Positions 17,548 to 26,430 of a stretch of DNA of 64,000 nucleotides are shown here, piece after piece. Positions within the stretch are counted from its first letter, which is position 1. Each line of letters starts with the position of its first letter. The notes under the pieces were generated by a model. It worked only from the letters and a program-made list of their open reading frames with translations. It was not told the DNA's origin and made no database searches. This DNA comes from an uncultured Actinomycetes bacterium (GTDB taxonomy: Bacteria > Actinomycetota > Thermoleophilia > Gaiellales > Gaiellaceae), in the NCBI GenBank assembly GCA_963739085.1, contig CAVTZA010000004.1, forward strand, positions 29,042 to 93,041, written 5' to 3'. Made by a program: the position numbers and the translations under genes.

Positions 17548-17937
17548 CTACGCCCAGAAGGCGTCGAACGCGAGCGGGTCGAGCGGCACGGCGAGGATCT
17601 CGACCCACTGGTCGTCCTCGACCCGGACGAAGAGCGCCTGGTCGATGTCGAGCTCGCGGTCGCCGCGCCGGCCGCTCGCTCGGTAGACGGCGATCGTCCG
17701 CTCGTCGTCGGCGAGGACGTACCGCAGCTCCGCCTTGTAGGTCCCGTCGCTCAGCGTCTGCGTCGCCTTGAACAGATCGAAGATCGCGCGCCTGCCCTCG
17801 TAGACGCCCGCCACGGGAGCACGCCCGACCACGGTCCACACCGCGTCCTCGGCGATCAGCGACGCGAGCGTCCGCGGGTCGCGCCGGAACGAGCCGAACA
17901 CCCGCTCGGCGAGCTGGACGTCGGGATGCGGCGTCAC
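17548..17937 (-). CDS. SnoaL/NTF2-like fold protein
   Basis: 129 aa. The pattern ...AEDAVWTVVGRAPVAGVYEGRRAIFDLF... is typical of the SnoaL-like polyketide-cyclase/NTF2 superfamily. 4-nt overlap with pdtaR. Confidence 0.6.
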   Translation of the reverse strand: MTPHPDVQLAERVFGSFRRDPRTLASLIAEDAVWTVVGRAPVAGVYEGRRAIFDLFKATQTLSDGTYKAELRYVLADDERTIAVYRASGRRGDRELDIDQALFVRVEDDQWVEILAVPLDPLAFDAFWA

Positions 17938-18503
17938 GCGGCGTCGAAGGTCGCAATCAGGGCCTCCGCGACGACCTTGAGGGGCCGGCCCGAGAGTTGG
18001 CTCGCCTTCCGCAAACGCGCGAAGGCATCCGCTTCGGACAGGCCCTCCTTCTCCATCAGGAGCCCTTTCGCCCGCTCGATCGCCTTGCGCGCGGCGAGCG
18101 CGTCGGCCAGCGATTCGGCCTCTTCGCGTAGGGCGGTGAGCTCGTCGTGCCGGGCGCGGGCGGTCTGGATCGCCGGCAGGAGATCCGCCTCGCGGAACGG
18201 CTTGACGAGGTAGCCGAACACGCCGGCCTCGATCGCCCTGGAGACGAGCTCGTCCTGACCGTAGGCGGTCAGCATCACGATCGGGATCGGCCGCTCCTCG
18301 AGGATCTGCTTGGCGGCCTCGATCCCGTCCAGCCGCGGCATCTTCACGTCGAGGAGCGCTACGTCGGGCGCCTCGGAGCGCGCGAGCTCCACCGCCTCGA
18401 CGCCGTCCTTCGCCTCCGCGCAGACCTCGTGACCCGCCCCCTCGAGCAGGCCACGGAGGTCCAGCCGGATGATCGTCTCGTCCTCTGCGATCAGGACCCG
18501 CAC
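17934..18503 (-). CDS. pdtaR: ANTAR-domain response regulator (PdtaR-like)
   Basis: REC domain (MRVLIAEDE...LLDVKMPRLDG...GYLVKPF) plus a C-terminal ANTAR helix pattern (RKAIERAKGLLMEKEGLSEADAFARLRKASQ). Confidence 0.9.
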   Translation of the reverse strand: MRVLIAEDETIIRLDLRGLLEGAGHEVCAEAKDGVEAVELARSEAPDVALLDVKMPRLDGIEAAKQILEERPIPIVMLTAYGQDELVSRAIEAGVFGYLVKPFREADLLPAIQTARARHDELTALREEAESLADALAARKAIERAKGLLMEKEGLSEADAFARLRKASQLSGRPLKVVAEALIATFDAA

Positions 18504-18516
18504 GCAGCGGATCCTA

Positions 18517-18583
18517 GGAGGGTTTGGCGGAATGTCGCTCGTGCCGCTGGCGCCGGCGACAGCCGTTATTCCGCCAAACCTCC
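18517..18583. repeat. long hairpin, short member (E) of repeat family A
   Basis: GGAGGGTTTGGCGGAAT...ATTCCGCCAAACCTCC forms a 16-bp stem with one bulge, plus an inner stem TGTCGC/GCGACA. The left arm is homologous to the left flank of A3 (19926..). Confidence 0.85.
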
Positions 18584-18599
18584 AACAGGAGGGCGGTGC

Positions 18600-19028
18600 C
18601 TAGCTGCGCTCCTCCTTGACGTCGAGCACTTCGGCGAGCATGAACGGGTTGCCGTCGGGGTCGTAGAACGTGCAGAGCTTGACCTGACCCTCGATCTCGT
18701 AGGTGTCACCGTCGAACCGCACGCCGTGCGACTCCATGTGCCCGCGGGCGGCGTCGATGTCGGAGACCCCGAACGTCGGCGTCACCCCGCCCGACACCTT
18801 GACCTCCTCGACCTGGCCGAGCCCGAGCCCGAGGCCCTCGATGCTCGTCGCCAGCTCGCACCAGCCGTACTCCGCCATCGTGTAGGTCGGCTCGAACCCG
18901 AGCATCTCGCGCCACCACGCGATCGAGCGGTCGAGGTCGGTCACGTTGACCGCGATGACGATGTTGCGCGTCTTCTCGAACGGAAGCGGGACGCCCGTGG
19001 TCGCCGCTGCTGCTGCCTGCTCGCTCAT
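18600..19028 (-). CDS. glyoxalase/bleomycin-resistance (VOC) family protein
   Basis: 142 aa. The sequence ...AVNVTDLDRSIAWWREMLGFEP... is typical of a VOC beta-alpha-beta-beta-beta module. Confidence 0.7.
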   Translation of the reverse strand: MSEQAAAAATTGVPLPFEKTRNIVIAVNVTDLDRSIAWWREMLGFEPTYTMAEYGWCELATSIEGLGLGLGQVEEVKVSGGVTPTFGVSDIDAARGHMESHGVRFDGDTYEIEGQVKLCTFYDPDGNPFMLAEVLDVKEERS

Positions 19029-19084
19029 CGGAACTCCTTTCGCTGGTATTCGTCGCGTCCTGTTTTTATACTAAGCACACTTCT

Positions 19085-19615
19085 ATGTCAATCGCACACC
19101 TCTTCCACCACCGCTGGGCCGCGCCCATCCTCGCGGAGCTCCACCGCTCGAAGGGGAGCCGCCTGGTCACGCTCTCGAACCGGCTCGACCTCGGGCGGGA
19201 GTCGTTGCGGCGCACGCTGACCGCCCTGATCGACGCCGGTCTCGTGATGAAGAACCCCGGCTACGGCCACCCGCTCCGACCGGAGTACGTGCTCACCGAG
19301 AAGGGCAAGGAAATCGCACCGGCGTGCGCGCGCCTGATCACAGCGCTCGACCGGCTCGGCGCGAACGACGTCGGGCTCAAGAAGTGGTCGATGCCCGCCG
19401 TGCTCGCCCTCGCGAGCGGCGAGTGCCGCTACTCGGAGCTGCGGAAGCGGCTGCCCGAGGTCAGCCCGCGGGCGCTGACGCTCGCACTCAAGGACCTCGC
19501 TGCTGCCGAGCTCGTCGAGCGCCGCGTCACACGCGACTATCCACCCGCGACCGTCTACCGCCTGCGCGGCCGGGCGCGCCCGCTCGCCAGAATCCTGACG
19601 ACACTGCCCGCATGA
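19085..19615 (+). CDS. HxlR-type winged-helix transcriptional regulator (two HxlR-like halves)
   Basis: The pattern WAAPILAEL...LSNRLDLGRESLRRTLTALIDAGLV is repeated as WSMPAVLALA...YSELRKRLPEVSPRALTLALKDLAAAELVERR. Confidence 0.65.
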   Translation: MSIAHLFHHRWAAPILAELHRSKGSRLVTLSNRLDLGRESLRRTLTALIDAGLVMKNPGYGHPLRPEYVLTEKGKEIAPACARLITALDRLGANDVGLKKWSMPAVLALASGECRYSELRKRLPEVSPRALTLALKDLAAAELVERRVTRDYPPATVYRLRGRARPLARILTTLPA

Positions 19616-19926
19616 GCTACCGGATCGTCGACACCAGTGCTTTCGAGGGCCGCCGCAAGGTGATCGCCCGCACGCTCGAAGCCCGTGCGATCAAGCTCAA
19701 CCAGTTCGACTCCCAGCCGGGCCAGGCCGGCTCCGAGCACGACGAGCGGGAATCCGGCCAGGAGGAGATCTACATCCCGCTCCAGGGGTCGGGCGTCCTG
19801 CGCGTCGACGGCGACGAAGTGCCGCTCGAGCCGGGCCGGTACGTCCTCGTCGAGCCGGAGGCGACCCGCCAGGTCGTTGCGGGCCCGGACGGTCTGTCCT
19901 ACGCCGTCGTCGGCGCGGTGGTCTAG
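19612..19926 (+). CDS. cupin-domain protein
   Basis: ATGA overlap with the upstream regulator. 104 aa with a cupin-like core (EIYIPLQGSGVLRVDGDEVPLEPGRYVLVEP). Confidence 0.6.
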   Translation: MSYRIVDTSAFEGRRKVIARTLEARAIKLNQFDSQPGQAGSEHDERESGQEEIYIPLQGSGVLRVDGDEVPLEPGRYVLVEPEATRQVVAGPDGLSYAVVGAVV

Positions 19927-20048
19927 GAGGGTCTGGCGGAACGTCGCTCGTCGCCGGGGTGCGATGGTCTCCAAGGACGCAGGGAGCATCGTTGCGGAGC
20001 TAGCGTGGGCGAGCAGCGCGGCCCGGCGGCACAGCTCGTTCGCCACTT
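19926..20048. repeat. long-hairpin repeat family A, copy A3 (intermediate length)
   Basis: Left arm ggagggtctggcggaacgtcgctcgtcgcc, then core ggggtgcgatgg..caaggacgcagggagc..tagcgtggg..cagcgcggcccggcggcaca, then right arm gctcgttcgcca. It fills the whole gap between the cupin stop and the pdtaS stop. Confidence 0.8.
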
Positions 20049-21450
20049 AAGGCGCGAAGGCGACTTCGGCGCGCAGGCCGTCGCCTTCCGCGAAGGTGAG
20101 CACACCGCCGAGCTCGTCGCGGACGAGCGCCTCCACGATCGAGAGGCCCGTGCCGCTCTCGCCGCGGATGCCGCTGCCGTCATCGGCGATTGCGAGCACG
20201 ACCTCGTCGCCGCGCCTGCTCAGCTCGACGCGGATGCGGTCGCCGCCGTGCTCGAGCGCGTTCTGGAGCAGCTCGCTGAACACGAGCGCGAGCGCCGTCG
20301 CCTTGTCGCCGCCGAGGGAGACCGACTCGAGCGCGGTCTCGACCGACTTCTCCGCGCCCAGGCCCTGGACGAGCATCGCCCGCAGCCGGTCGAGCAGCTC
20401 GTGCAGGTCGACCTCCTCGTCGCGCTGCTCGGTGAGCACCTCGTGGACGGCCGCGATCGCGAGGATGCGGTTGACCGAGTCCTCGAGCGCGCGACGCGGC
20501 TCGAGCCCGTTCGAGCGCGCCTGCAGGCGCAGCAGCGACGCGACCGTCTGGAGGTTGTTCTTCACGCGGTGGTGAATCTCCTGAGCGAGGACGCCGCGCA
20601 TGACCGCGCGGCCGTGCTCGAGCGCGACCGCAGCGTGGTGCGCGATCGAGCCGAGCAGGGCGCGCTCGTCGTCGGTGAACGGCGAGTCACGGTCGCAGAC
20701 GAGCTCGCCGATCACGCGCCGCTTCCAGCGCAGCGGCAGCCTCACCGCGTACGCGCCGGCGCGACCCTCGGGCCACGCGATCTTGCCGTCCTCGAGCACG
20801 AGCGCCGCGCCCGTGGCCCCGACGGCGTCCATCGTCGTCTTCACGATCGCCTCGAGCGACTCCTCGAGGTAGAGCGACTCCGAGACCGCCTCCGAGATCT
20901 TGGCGAGCGCCTCGAGCTCCCCGACCCGGCGCTGCGCCTGCGCATACAGCTGCGCGTGCTCGATCGATTGCGCGACCTGCGACGCGATCGCGAGCAGCAG
21001 CTCGACCTCGCCCGGTGAGAACTCGCGTGCCTCGCGGGTGCGGACGTTGAGCGCACCCTCGAGCTTGTCCCCCCGGGCCACGATCGGCACGGCCAGGATC
21101 GACTCGTACTCGTCCTCGCGGAGGTTGGCGAACGCCTTGAAGCGCGGATCGAGATGCGCCTGCGCCGGGATCATCACCGGCGCGAGCTCGGCGGCGGCGG
21201 TGCCCGTGATGCCCTCGCCCGGCCGCATCCGGGGCCGGCGGGTCATCTCCTCGACCCGCGTCCCATGCGTCGCACGCAGGACGAGCTCGCCGGCGCGGTC
21301 GTCGTAGAGGTAGACGAAGCACGCATCGGCGTCGAGCGCGTCTGCGACCCGGCGCGCGACCAGGTCGAGCACCTCCTCGAGGTCGAGCGACGAGTTGACC
21401 GCCGCGATCGTCTCGGTCAGCAGGTGGAGATGCCGCTCGGAGGCGTCCAT
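20047..21450 (-). CDS. pdtaS: sensor histidine kinase PdtaS-like (GAF/PAS - HisKA_2 - HATPase)
   Basis: EIHHRVKNNLQTVASLLRLQAR H-box and a C-terminal ATPase domain (LVFSELLQNALEHG...DDGSG). The ATG at 21450 is preferred over the TTG at 21489. Confidence 0.85.
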   Translation of the reverse strand: MDASERHLHLLTETIAAVNSSLDLEEVLDLVARRVADALDADACFVYLYDDRAGELVLRATHGTRVEEMTRRPRMRPGEGITGTAAAELAPVMIPAQAHLDPRFKAFANLREDEYESILAVPIVARGDKLEGALNVRTREAREFSPGEVELLLAIASQVAQSIEHAQLYAQAQRRVGELEALAKISEAVSESLYLEESLEAIVKTTMDAVGATGAALVLEDGKIAWPEGRAGAYAVRLPLRWKRRVIGELVCDRDSPFTDDERALLGSIAHHAAVALEHGRAVMRGVLAQEIHHRVKNNLQTVASLLRLQARSNGLEPRRALEDSVNRILAIAAVHEVLTEQRDEEVDLHELLDRLRAMLVQGLGAEKSVETALESVSLGGDKATALALVFSELLQNALEHGGDRIRVELSRRGDEVVLAIADDGSGIRGESGTGLSIVEALVRDELGGVLTFAEGDGLRAEVAFAP

Positions 21451-21510
21451 TACCGAATCTTTACGGTGCGCGCGGACTTTCCTCAACACGGCCGTCGTAG
21501 GGTCGAGGTC

Positions 21511-21750
21511 GTGAACCTCGACCGGACGCGCGGCTTCCTCGTCGCCGACATCAGCGGCCGGATCGTAGGCCGCGTCGAGTGCGCGATGTACGGCCGCGAA
21601 CAGGACGTCCCGGACGCGCTCGCCGTGCGGTCGGGCTTTCTCTCACGGCGCCGGCGGCTCGTGCCGGCAGAGGCGATCGCCGAGATCGACGACCGCAGCC
21701 GCGTGATCGGGCTCGGCGTCGAGCGCGAGACGATTCGCGCGTTTCTCTAG
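21511..21750 (+). CDS. PRC-barrel-like small protein
   Basis: GTG start, 79 aa. The sequence GFLVADISGRIVGRVECAMYG...RRRLVPAEAIAEIDDRSRVIGL resembles PRC-barrel domains. Confidence 0.45.
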   Translation: MNLDRTRGFLVADISGRIVGRVECAMYGREQDVPDALAVRSGFLSRRRRLVPAEAIAEIDDRSRVIGLGVERETIRAFL

Positions 21751-21818
21751 GGAACATGGCTTCCCCTGCGTAATACGACCACGAGCTGCCCAGAGGACAG
21801 CTCGCGGTCGGCCGTCAG

Positions 21819-21849
21819 CGGTCCTGTCGTCCGCCACTCGACAGGACCG
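21819..21849. terminator. hairpin between convergent genes (possible bidirectional terminator)
   Basis: CGGTCCTGTCG-tccgccact-CGACAGGACCG forms an 11-bp stem between the PRC-barrel gene (+) and the GS gene (-). There is no clear U-tract. Confidence 0.4.
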
Positions 21850-21914
21850 GTGTGTGGCGCATTGTCGCATGCCGCGGTCCCGTGCGCTAGAGGGAACGGC
21901 CCTGCAAATCGCGC

Positions 21915-23279
21915 CTATAGCACCGCCAGGTAGCGCTCGTGCTCCCACGCGGTGAGCTGAACCCTGTATTCGTCCCATTCCTTGCGCTTCAGCTCGACGT
22001 AGCGGTCGAAGATGTGGGGCCCCAGCGCCTTGCGGGCGAGCTCGGACTCGGCCAGCTGGTCGATCGCCTCGCCCAGCGTCTCCGGCAGCGACACGATCCC
22101 GCGCTCCTTCCGCTGCTCCGCGGTCAGGTGGTAGAGGTTCGTCTCCATCGGCTCCGGGAGCTCGTAGCCCTTCTCGATCCCGTCGAGCCCGGCGTGCAGC
22201 AGCGACGCGAAGGTGAGATAGGGGTTGCAGGCCGGGTCGGGACAGCGGATCTCGGCGCGGGTCCCCTGCTCGGAGCCCGGCTTGTACAGCGGGATCCGGA
22301 TCAGCGCCGAGCGGTTGCGCTGCGACCACGCGACGTACACCGGCGCCTCGTAGCCCGGCACGAGCCGCTTGTACGAGTTGACCCACTGGGCGAAGATGGC
22401 CGAGATCTCGCGCGCGTGGTGCAGCTGCCCGGCGATGAACGCCTTCCCGACGTCGGACAGGTGCCACTTGTCGTCCGCGTCGAAGAACGCGTTGCGCCCG
22501 TCCGTGAAGAGTGACTGGTGCGTGTGCATGCCCGAGCCGTTCTCGCCGAAGATCGGCTTCGGCATGAAGGTGGCGTGGAAGCCGGCCTTCTTGGCGATCT
22601 CCTTGACGATCAGGCGGTACGTGAGCGTGTGGTCGGCCATGTCGAGAGCCGGCGCGAACCGCATGTCGATCTCGTGCTGCGAGGGCCCGACCTCGTGGTG
22701 GACGTACTCGATCGGGATGCCCATCGACTCGAGGGCGCGGACTGTCTCCTGGCGCAGCTCGCTGGCCGCGTCCATGGTCGTCATGGCGAAATAGCCGCCC
22801 TCGTCGAGCGTCTCGGTGCCCTTGTCGTCCTTGAACAGGAAGTACTCGAGCTCGGGGCCGACGTTGAACGTGTCGAAGCCCATCGACTGCATGCGCTCGA
22901 GCGCGCGGCGTAGGACGTAGCGCGGGTCACCCTCGTACGGATTCCCGTCCGGCGTGACGACGTCGCAGATCATCCGCGCCACCTTCGTCTCGCCCTCGCG
23001 GTGCGGCATCAGCTGGAAAGTGGCCGGATCGGGGATCGCGACCATGTCCGACTCCTCGATCGCGTTGAAGCCCGTGATCGACGAGCCGTCGAAGCCCATC
23101 CCGTCGTCGAGCGCGCCTTCGAGCTCGTCGGGGGTGATCGCGAAGCTCTTCAGGTGCCCCTCGAGATCCGTGAACCACAGCAGTACGAACTGGACGCCCT
23201 CGTCCCGTGAGCGCCCGAGCACCTCGCCGCGCGCCTCCGGGCTCGACGTCGCCCTCGTCCTGGACTCGACCTGCGCCAT
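21915..23279 (-). CDS. glutamine synthetase, type I family (second paralogue, 454 aa)
   Basis: Motifs [31 protein letters not shown] and WSQRNRSALIRIP. The RBS GAGAGGAGA lies upstream. Confidence 0.9.
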   Translation of the reverse strand: MAQVESRTRATSSPEARGEVLGRSRDEGVQFVLLWFTDLEGHLKSFAITPDELEGALDDGMGFDGSSITGFNAIEESDMVAIPDPATFQLMPHREGETKVARMICDVVTPDGNPYEGDPRYVLRRALERMQSMGFDTFNVGPELEYFLFKDDKGTETLDEGGYFAMTTMDAASELRQETVRALESMGIPIEYVHHEVGPSQHEIDMRFAPALDMADHTLTYRLIVKEIAKKAGFHATFMPKPIFGENGSGMHTHQSLFTDGRNAFFDADDKWHLSDVGKAFIAGQLHHAREISAIFAQWVNSYKRLVPGYEAPVYVAWSQRNRSALIRIPLYKPGSEQGTRAEIRCPDPACNPYLTFASLLHAGLDGIEKGYELPEPMETNLYHLTAEQRKERGIVSLPETLGEAIDQLAESELARKALGPHIFDRYVELKRKEWDEYRVQLTAWEHERYLAVL

Positions 23280-23363
23280 ACCGTCTCCTCTCGTCCTCGA
23301 AATGCAAAGAGCCCCGGACGCGCAGAAGCGTCCGAGGCCCCGTCGCCTCCAACTCGCGTGAGT

Positions 23364-24620
23364 CTACACGGCGCCGGGGAGCTCTTCGAGCTCCGGCTCC
23401 CTGCCGCCGTGGCGGACCGCACGGGCATAGAGCGCGACGGCCGGCGTCAGTAGGACGCCGGCGAGCACGAGCGCGGCTCGCAGCGAGAACACGGTCCCGA
23501 CCACGCCGACGCCGGGCCCGCCGGCGACCTCTCCGAAGGCATTCGCCTGGTTCACCATCGAGGTCACGGTCGCCCGAACGCTCGAGTCCTCGATGTTGCG
23601 ATTGAGCCAGGTGAGGTACAGCGGGTCGATGATCCGCCTCGAGAGGCGCGCGACCATGTACGCGACGAGCGCCAGCGCGAACCCGACGGCGAGGCCGAAC
23701 ACGACGACGGCGATCGCTCCGCCGGCCGTGAGCAGCATCAGCACCCGCGCTAGCGCCGCGTTGTCGGCGTGCTCGAAGCGAGGAATCAGGAACGACGTGA
23801 TCACGATCCCGGCGAGCAGGCCGACCGCGTTGATGAGGCCGAACCAGACGACGGGATCGAGACCTGCGAGATCGGGAAGCCCGACGTCGCGGATCAGGTG
23901 AGCCTCCCAGAGGCGGTCGACCCCCTCGGACGCCGCACCGACGAAGAACATGATCGCGACGATGATCAGCAGGAGGCGCTCCGCGCGGATCAGCCGCCCA
24001 CCGGCCACCGCGGTCGTCTTCACGTCGCGCCAGGCGCCGAGCCGCTCCGATGCCGGCTTGCGTGCGAAGCCGTGCTCGGGCATCACAACGAGGCAGGCGA
24101 GGCCGGTCGCCAGCGTGATCGCGCCGCCGTAGACCAGTGCCGCCCCGAGGTCCCACATCGCGACGCCCACGCCCGTCAGCGCGCCGACGATCGCCCCGGC
24201 GTACGCGAACTGGGCGTTGCGCATGAAGACGCGCCCGACCCGCTCGATGCCGACCTCGTCGGTGATCCAGGCCTCGTACGCGCCGCTCATACAGGTAGCG
24301 GCCACGCCCCACACAATCGAGGCCGCCACGAGGCCGGCGTACGACTCGGTCAGTCCCATTGCGATCGCCGCGATGCCCTCCAACGTGAGGCCGAGGATCA
24401 CGGAGGCCCGCCTGCTGTAGGTGTCGGCGATCACCCCGGTCGGGATCTCGAAGAGGAAGATCGTCGCCTCGAAGACCGTCCCGAGCAGGACGAGCTCGAG
24501 CGCGTTGAGCCCGACCTCCTGCACGTAGTACACGGCCATGACCGTCGTGGCCGCGTGGAAGCCGATGTCGGCGAAGAACTCGATGCCGTACGAGACGGTC
24601 GTCGCAGGCAGCCGGCGCAC
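23364..24620 (-). CDS. MFS transporter
   Basis: 418 aa with about 12 predicted hydrophobic helices. 3-nt gap to the upstream GNAT gene. Confidence 0.75.
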   Translation of the reverse strand: MRRLPATTVSYGIEFFADIGFHAATTVMAVYYVQEVGLNALELVLLGTVFEATIFLFEIPTGVIADTYSRRASVILGLTLEGIAAIAMGLTESYAGLVAASIVWGVAATCMSGAYEAWITDEVGIERVGRVFMRNAQFAYAGAIVGALTGVGVAMWDLGAALVYGGAITLATGLACLVVMPEHGFARKPASERLGAWRDVKTTAVAGGRLIRAERLLLIIVAIMFFVGAASEGVDRLWEAHLIRDVGLPDLAGLDPVVWFGLINAVGLLAGIVITSFLIPRFEHADNAALARVLMLLTAGGAIAVVVFGLAVGFALALVAYMVARLSRRIIDPLYLTWLNRNIEDSSVRATVTSMVNQANAFGEVAGGPGVGVVGTVFSLRAALVLAGVLLTPAVALYARAVRHGGREPELEELPGAV

Positions 24621-24623
24621 GCG

Positions 24624-25634
24624 CTACGACCTCCGCAGCGGAACCGCGCCGCGCATGGTGACGCTCACGGCGCGGTAGACGTAGCCGAGGCGCTCGTTGG
24701 CTGCGCGCATCCCGTCGTTGCCGCGCTGCGTCCAGGTGACGATCTCGCGGATGCCGTTCGCGGCCGCCCAGGCGAGCTCGGCCCGCTTGAGCGCAGTCGC
24801 CAGGCCGCGGCGGCGCCAGTCGGCGCGAACGACGGTCAGCCCGTCCTCGGCCAGAGTCGGGTCGTCGCCGAGACGGCAGAGTCCCGAGTAGCCGACGATC
24901 TCACCGTCGGCGAGCGCGACGAACGACCCCTCGGGGAAGCTCGCCTCGTCGGCGAGCCAGTCCTCGAGCGAGATCGTCACGGCCTCGGCGGTCGCCATGT
25001 CCGCCCAGCCCTGGACGCCGAGCGGATGCGCCTCCCGGAGCAACTCCGGCCGCTCGGCGATCGACACGAACGTGACGCCGGGCAGCGGCTGGGCGGGCGG
25101 CTCGTCGCCGAGCGTCCGCACCTGCTCGACCTGCCGGTCGACCTCCTCGAACCCGAAGCGGCGCGCGAAGGAGAGCGAGCCCTCGTCGTTGCCGTCCACA
25201 TGCGCGCCGGCGACCTCGAACCCGAGCCTCTCGAGATGGTCCGCGAGCCGCGAAAGGACAGCGCTCCCGATGCCGCACCGCCGCGCGCCGGGCAGCACAC
25301 GCGGCGCGACGAAGCCCCGGTCGGCGTTGTCCGACGGACCGGCGTAGCCGACCGCCACCGGATCGCCGTCCACTTCCGCGAGCAGGTAGAGGCGGCGTGG
25401 GTCGCGCTCACGCCGATCGCGCTGCTGCCGCGCGTCCCACGGGATGTCCTCGGCGACGGCCGCGTTCGCGACCGCGACGTACGCCTGGAGGTCGGCATCG
25501 CTCTCGGCAATCCGCGTCTCAACCGGCGGTGAAGCCGCCTGTCCGCGAAGCGGACCAGTGGAGGGGGTCTGGGGGAACCGGGAGGTTCCCCCAGCGTCAA
25601 CCGGACCTCTTGAGCTTCCCATGGCGCTTGGCAT
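24624..25634 (-). CDS. tandem-GNAT N-acetyltransferase (start uncertain)
   Basis: Two GNAT cores (VLPGARRCGIGSAVLSRL...; VRADWRRRGLATALKRAEL...). The only canonical in-frame starts are ATG 25634 and ATG 25622, which makes the N-terminus repeat-B2-encoded and overlaps the permease 3' end by 38 nt. Confidence 0.7.
   Translation of the reverse strand: MPSAMGSSRGPVDAGGTSRFPQTPSTGPLRGQAASPPVETRIAESDADLQAYVAVANAAVAEDIPWDARQQRDRRERDPRRLYLLAEVDGDPVAVGYAGPSDNADRGFVAPRVLPGARRCGIGSAVLSRLADHLERLGFEVAGAHVDGNDEGSLSFARRFGFEEVDRQVEQVRTLGDEPPAQPLPGVTFVSIAERPELLREAHPLGVQGWADMATAEAVTISLEDWLADEASFPEGSFVALADGEIVGYSGLCRLGDDPTLAEDGLTVVRADWRRRGLATALKRAELAWAAANGIREIVTWTQRGNDGMRAANERLGYVYRAVSVTMRGAVPLRRS
25536..25596. 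repeat. structured repeat family B, copy B2 (inverted relative to B1)
   Basis: The reverse complement reads cgctgggggaacctcccggttcccccagaccccctccactggtccgcttcgcggacaggcg. Its hairpin stem is 11 bp (CTGGGGGAACC/GGTTCCCCCAG). Confidence 0.8.
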
Positions 25635-26430
25635 AGCGCTCTCCTCTCCTGAACACCTCCAGCCCGAGCGGGATCGAGACCGCGCCGATCACGAGCAGCG
25701 GCCAGATCTCGTCCCACATCGCCGTCAGCCCGTCGCCCTCGAGGATCGAGTCGCGGATCCCGTCCAGCGCATAGGTAGCCGGCGAGATCGTGGAGAGCCA
25801 CTGCATCCACTCGGGCAGCACCGAGACCGGGTAGTAGACGCCCGAGACCACGAGCAGCATCCCCTGTGCGATGAAGCCGAGCTGCGTGCCCTTCTCGGGC
25901 GAGATCAGCGGCAGGACGGCGGTCATCATCCCGATGCCGACGAAGGAGATCGACGCCACCGCGAGCACGACCAGCGCAGCGACGAAGTTCGCGTCCGGCA
26001 GCTCGAGGTCGAAGAACGCCGCCACGACCGCGAACAGCAGCACCGCGCGCACGATCCCGTAGGCGATCGCGAACAGGCCCATTCCGAACAGGTGCACCGG
26101 CCGCGCGAGCGGCGCCATGAACGTGTACTCGATCGTCCCCTCCCAGCGCTCCCACGCGACCGTCTCGGTGAGGATCTCGAAGATGATCCCGAGGTAGGCC
26201 CACACGACGGCCCCGATCAGCAGGATCGTGGTCGCGCGGTTGACGTCGATCTCGCCGCCGGCCGCCTCGATGCCCTCGGCGATGAAGACGATCGTGAGCG
26301 TGTTCGCGACCGTCCACAGGAAGAACGCGACGTCCCACCAGATGTAGCGCTTGACGAGGTACCAGTTCCGCTCGACGACGCCGCCGAGGCCGATCAGCTC
26401 GTGGCGGACCGAGAGGGCTATCGCTCTCAT
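25597..26430 (-). CDS. ABC-2 type exporter permease
   Basis: 277 aa with six hydrophobic helices. ATGA overlap with the upstream ATPase. Confidence 0.8.
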   Translation of the reverse strand: MRAIALSVRHELIGLGGVVERNWYLVKRYIWWDVAFFLWTVANTLTIVFIAEGIEAAGGEIDVNRATTILLIGAVVWAYLGIIFEILTETVAWERWEGTIEYTFMAPLARPVHLFGMGLFAIAYGIVRAVLLFAVVAAFFDLELPDANFVAALVVLAVASISFVGIGMMTAVLPLISPEKGTQLGFIAQGMLLVVSGVYYPVSVLPEWMQWLSTISPATYALDGIRDSILEGDGLTAMWDEIWPLLVIGAVSIPLGLEVFRRGERYAKRHGKLKRSG

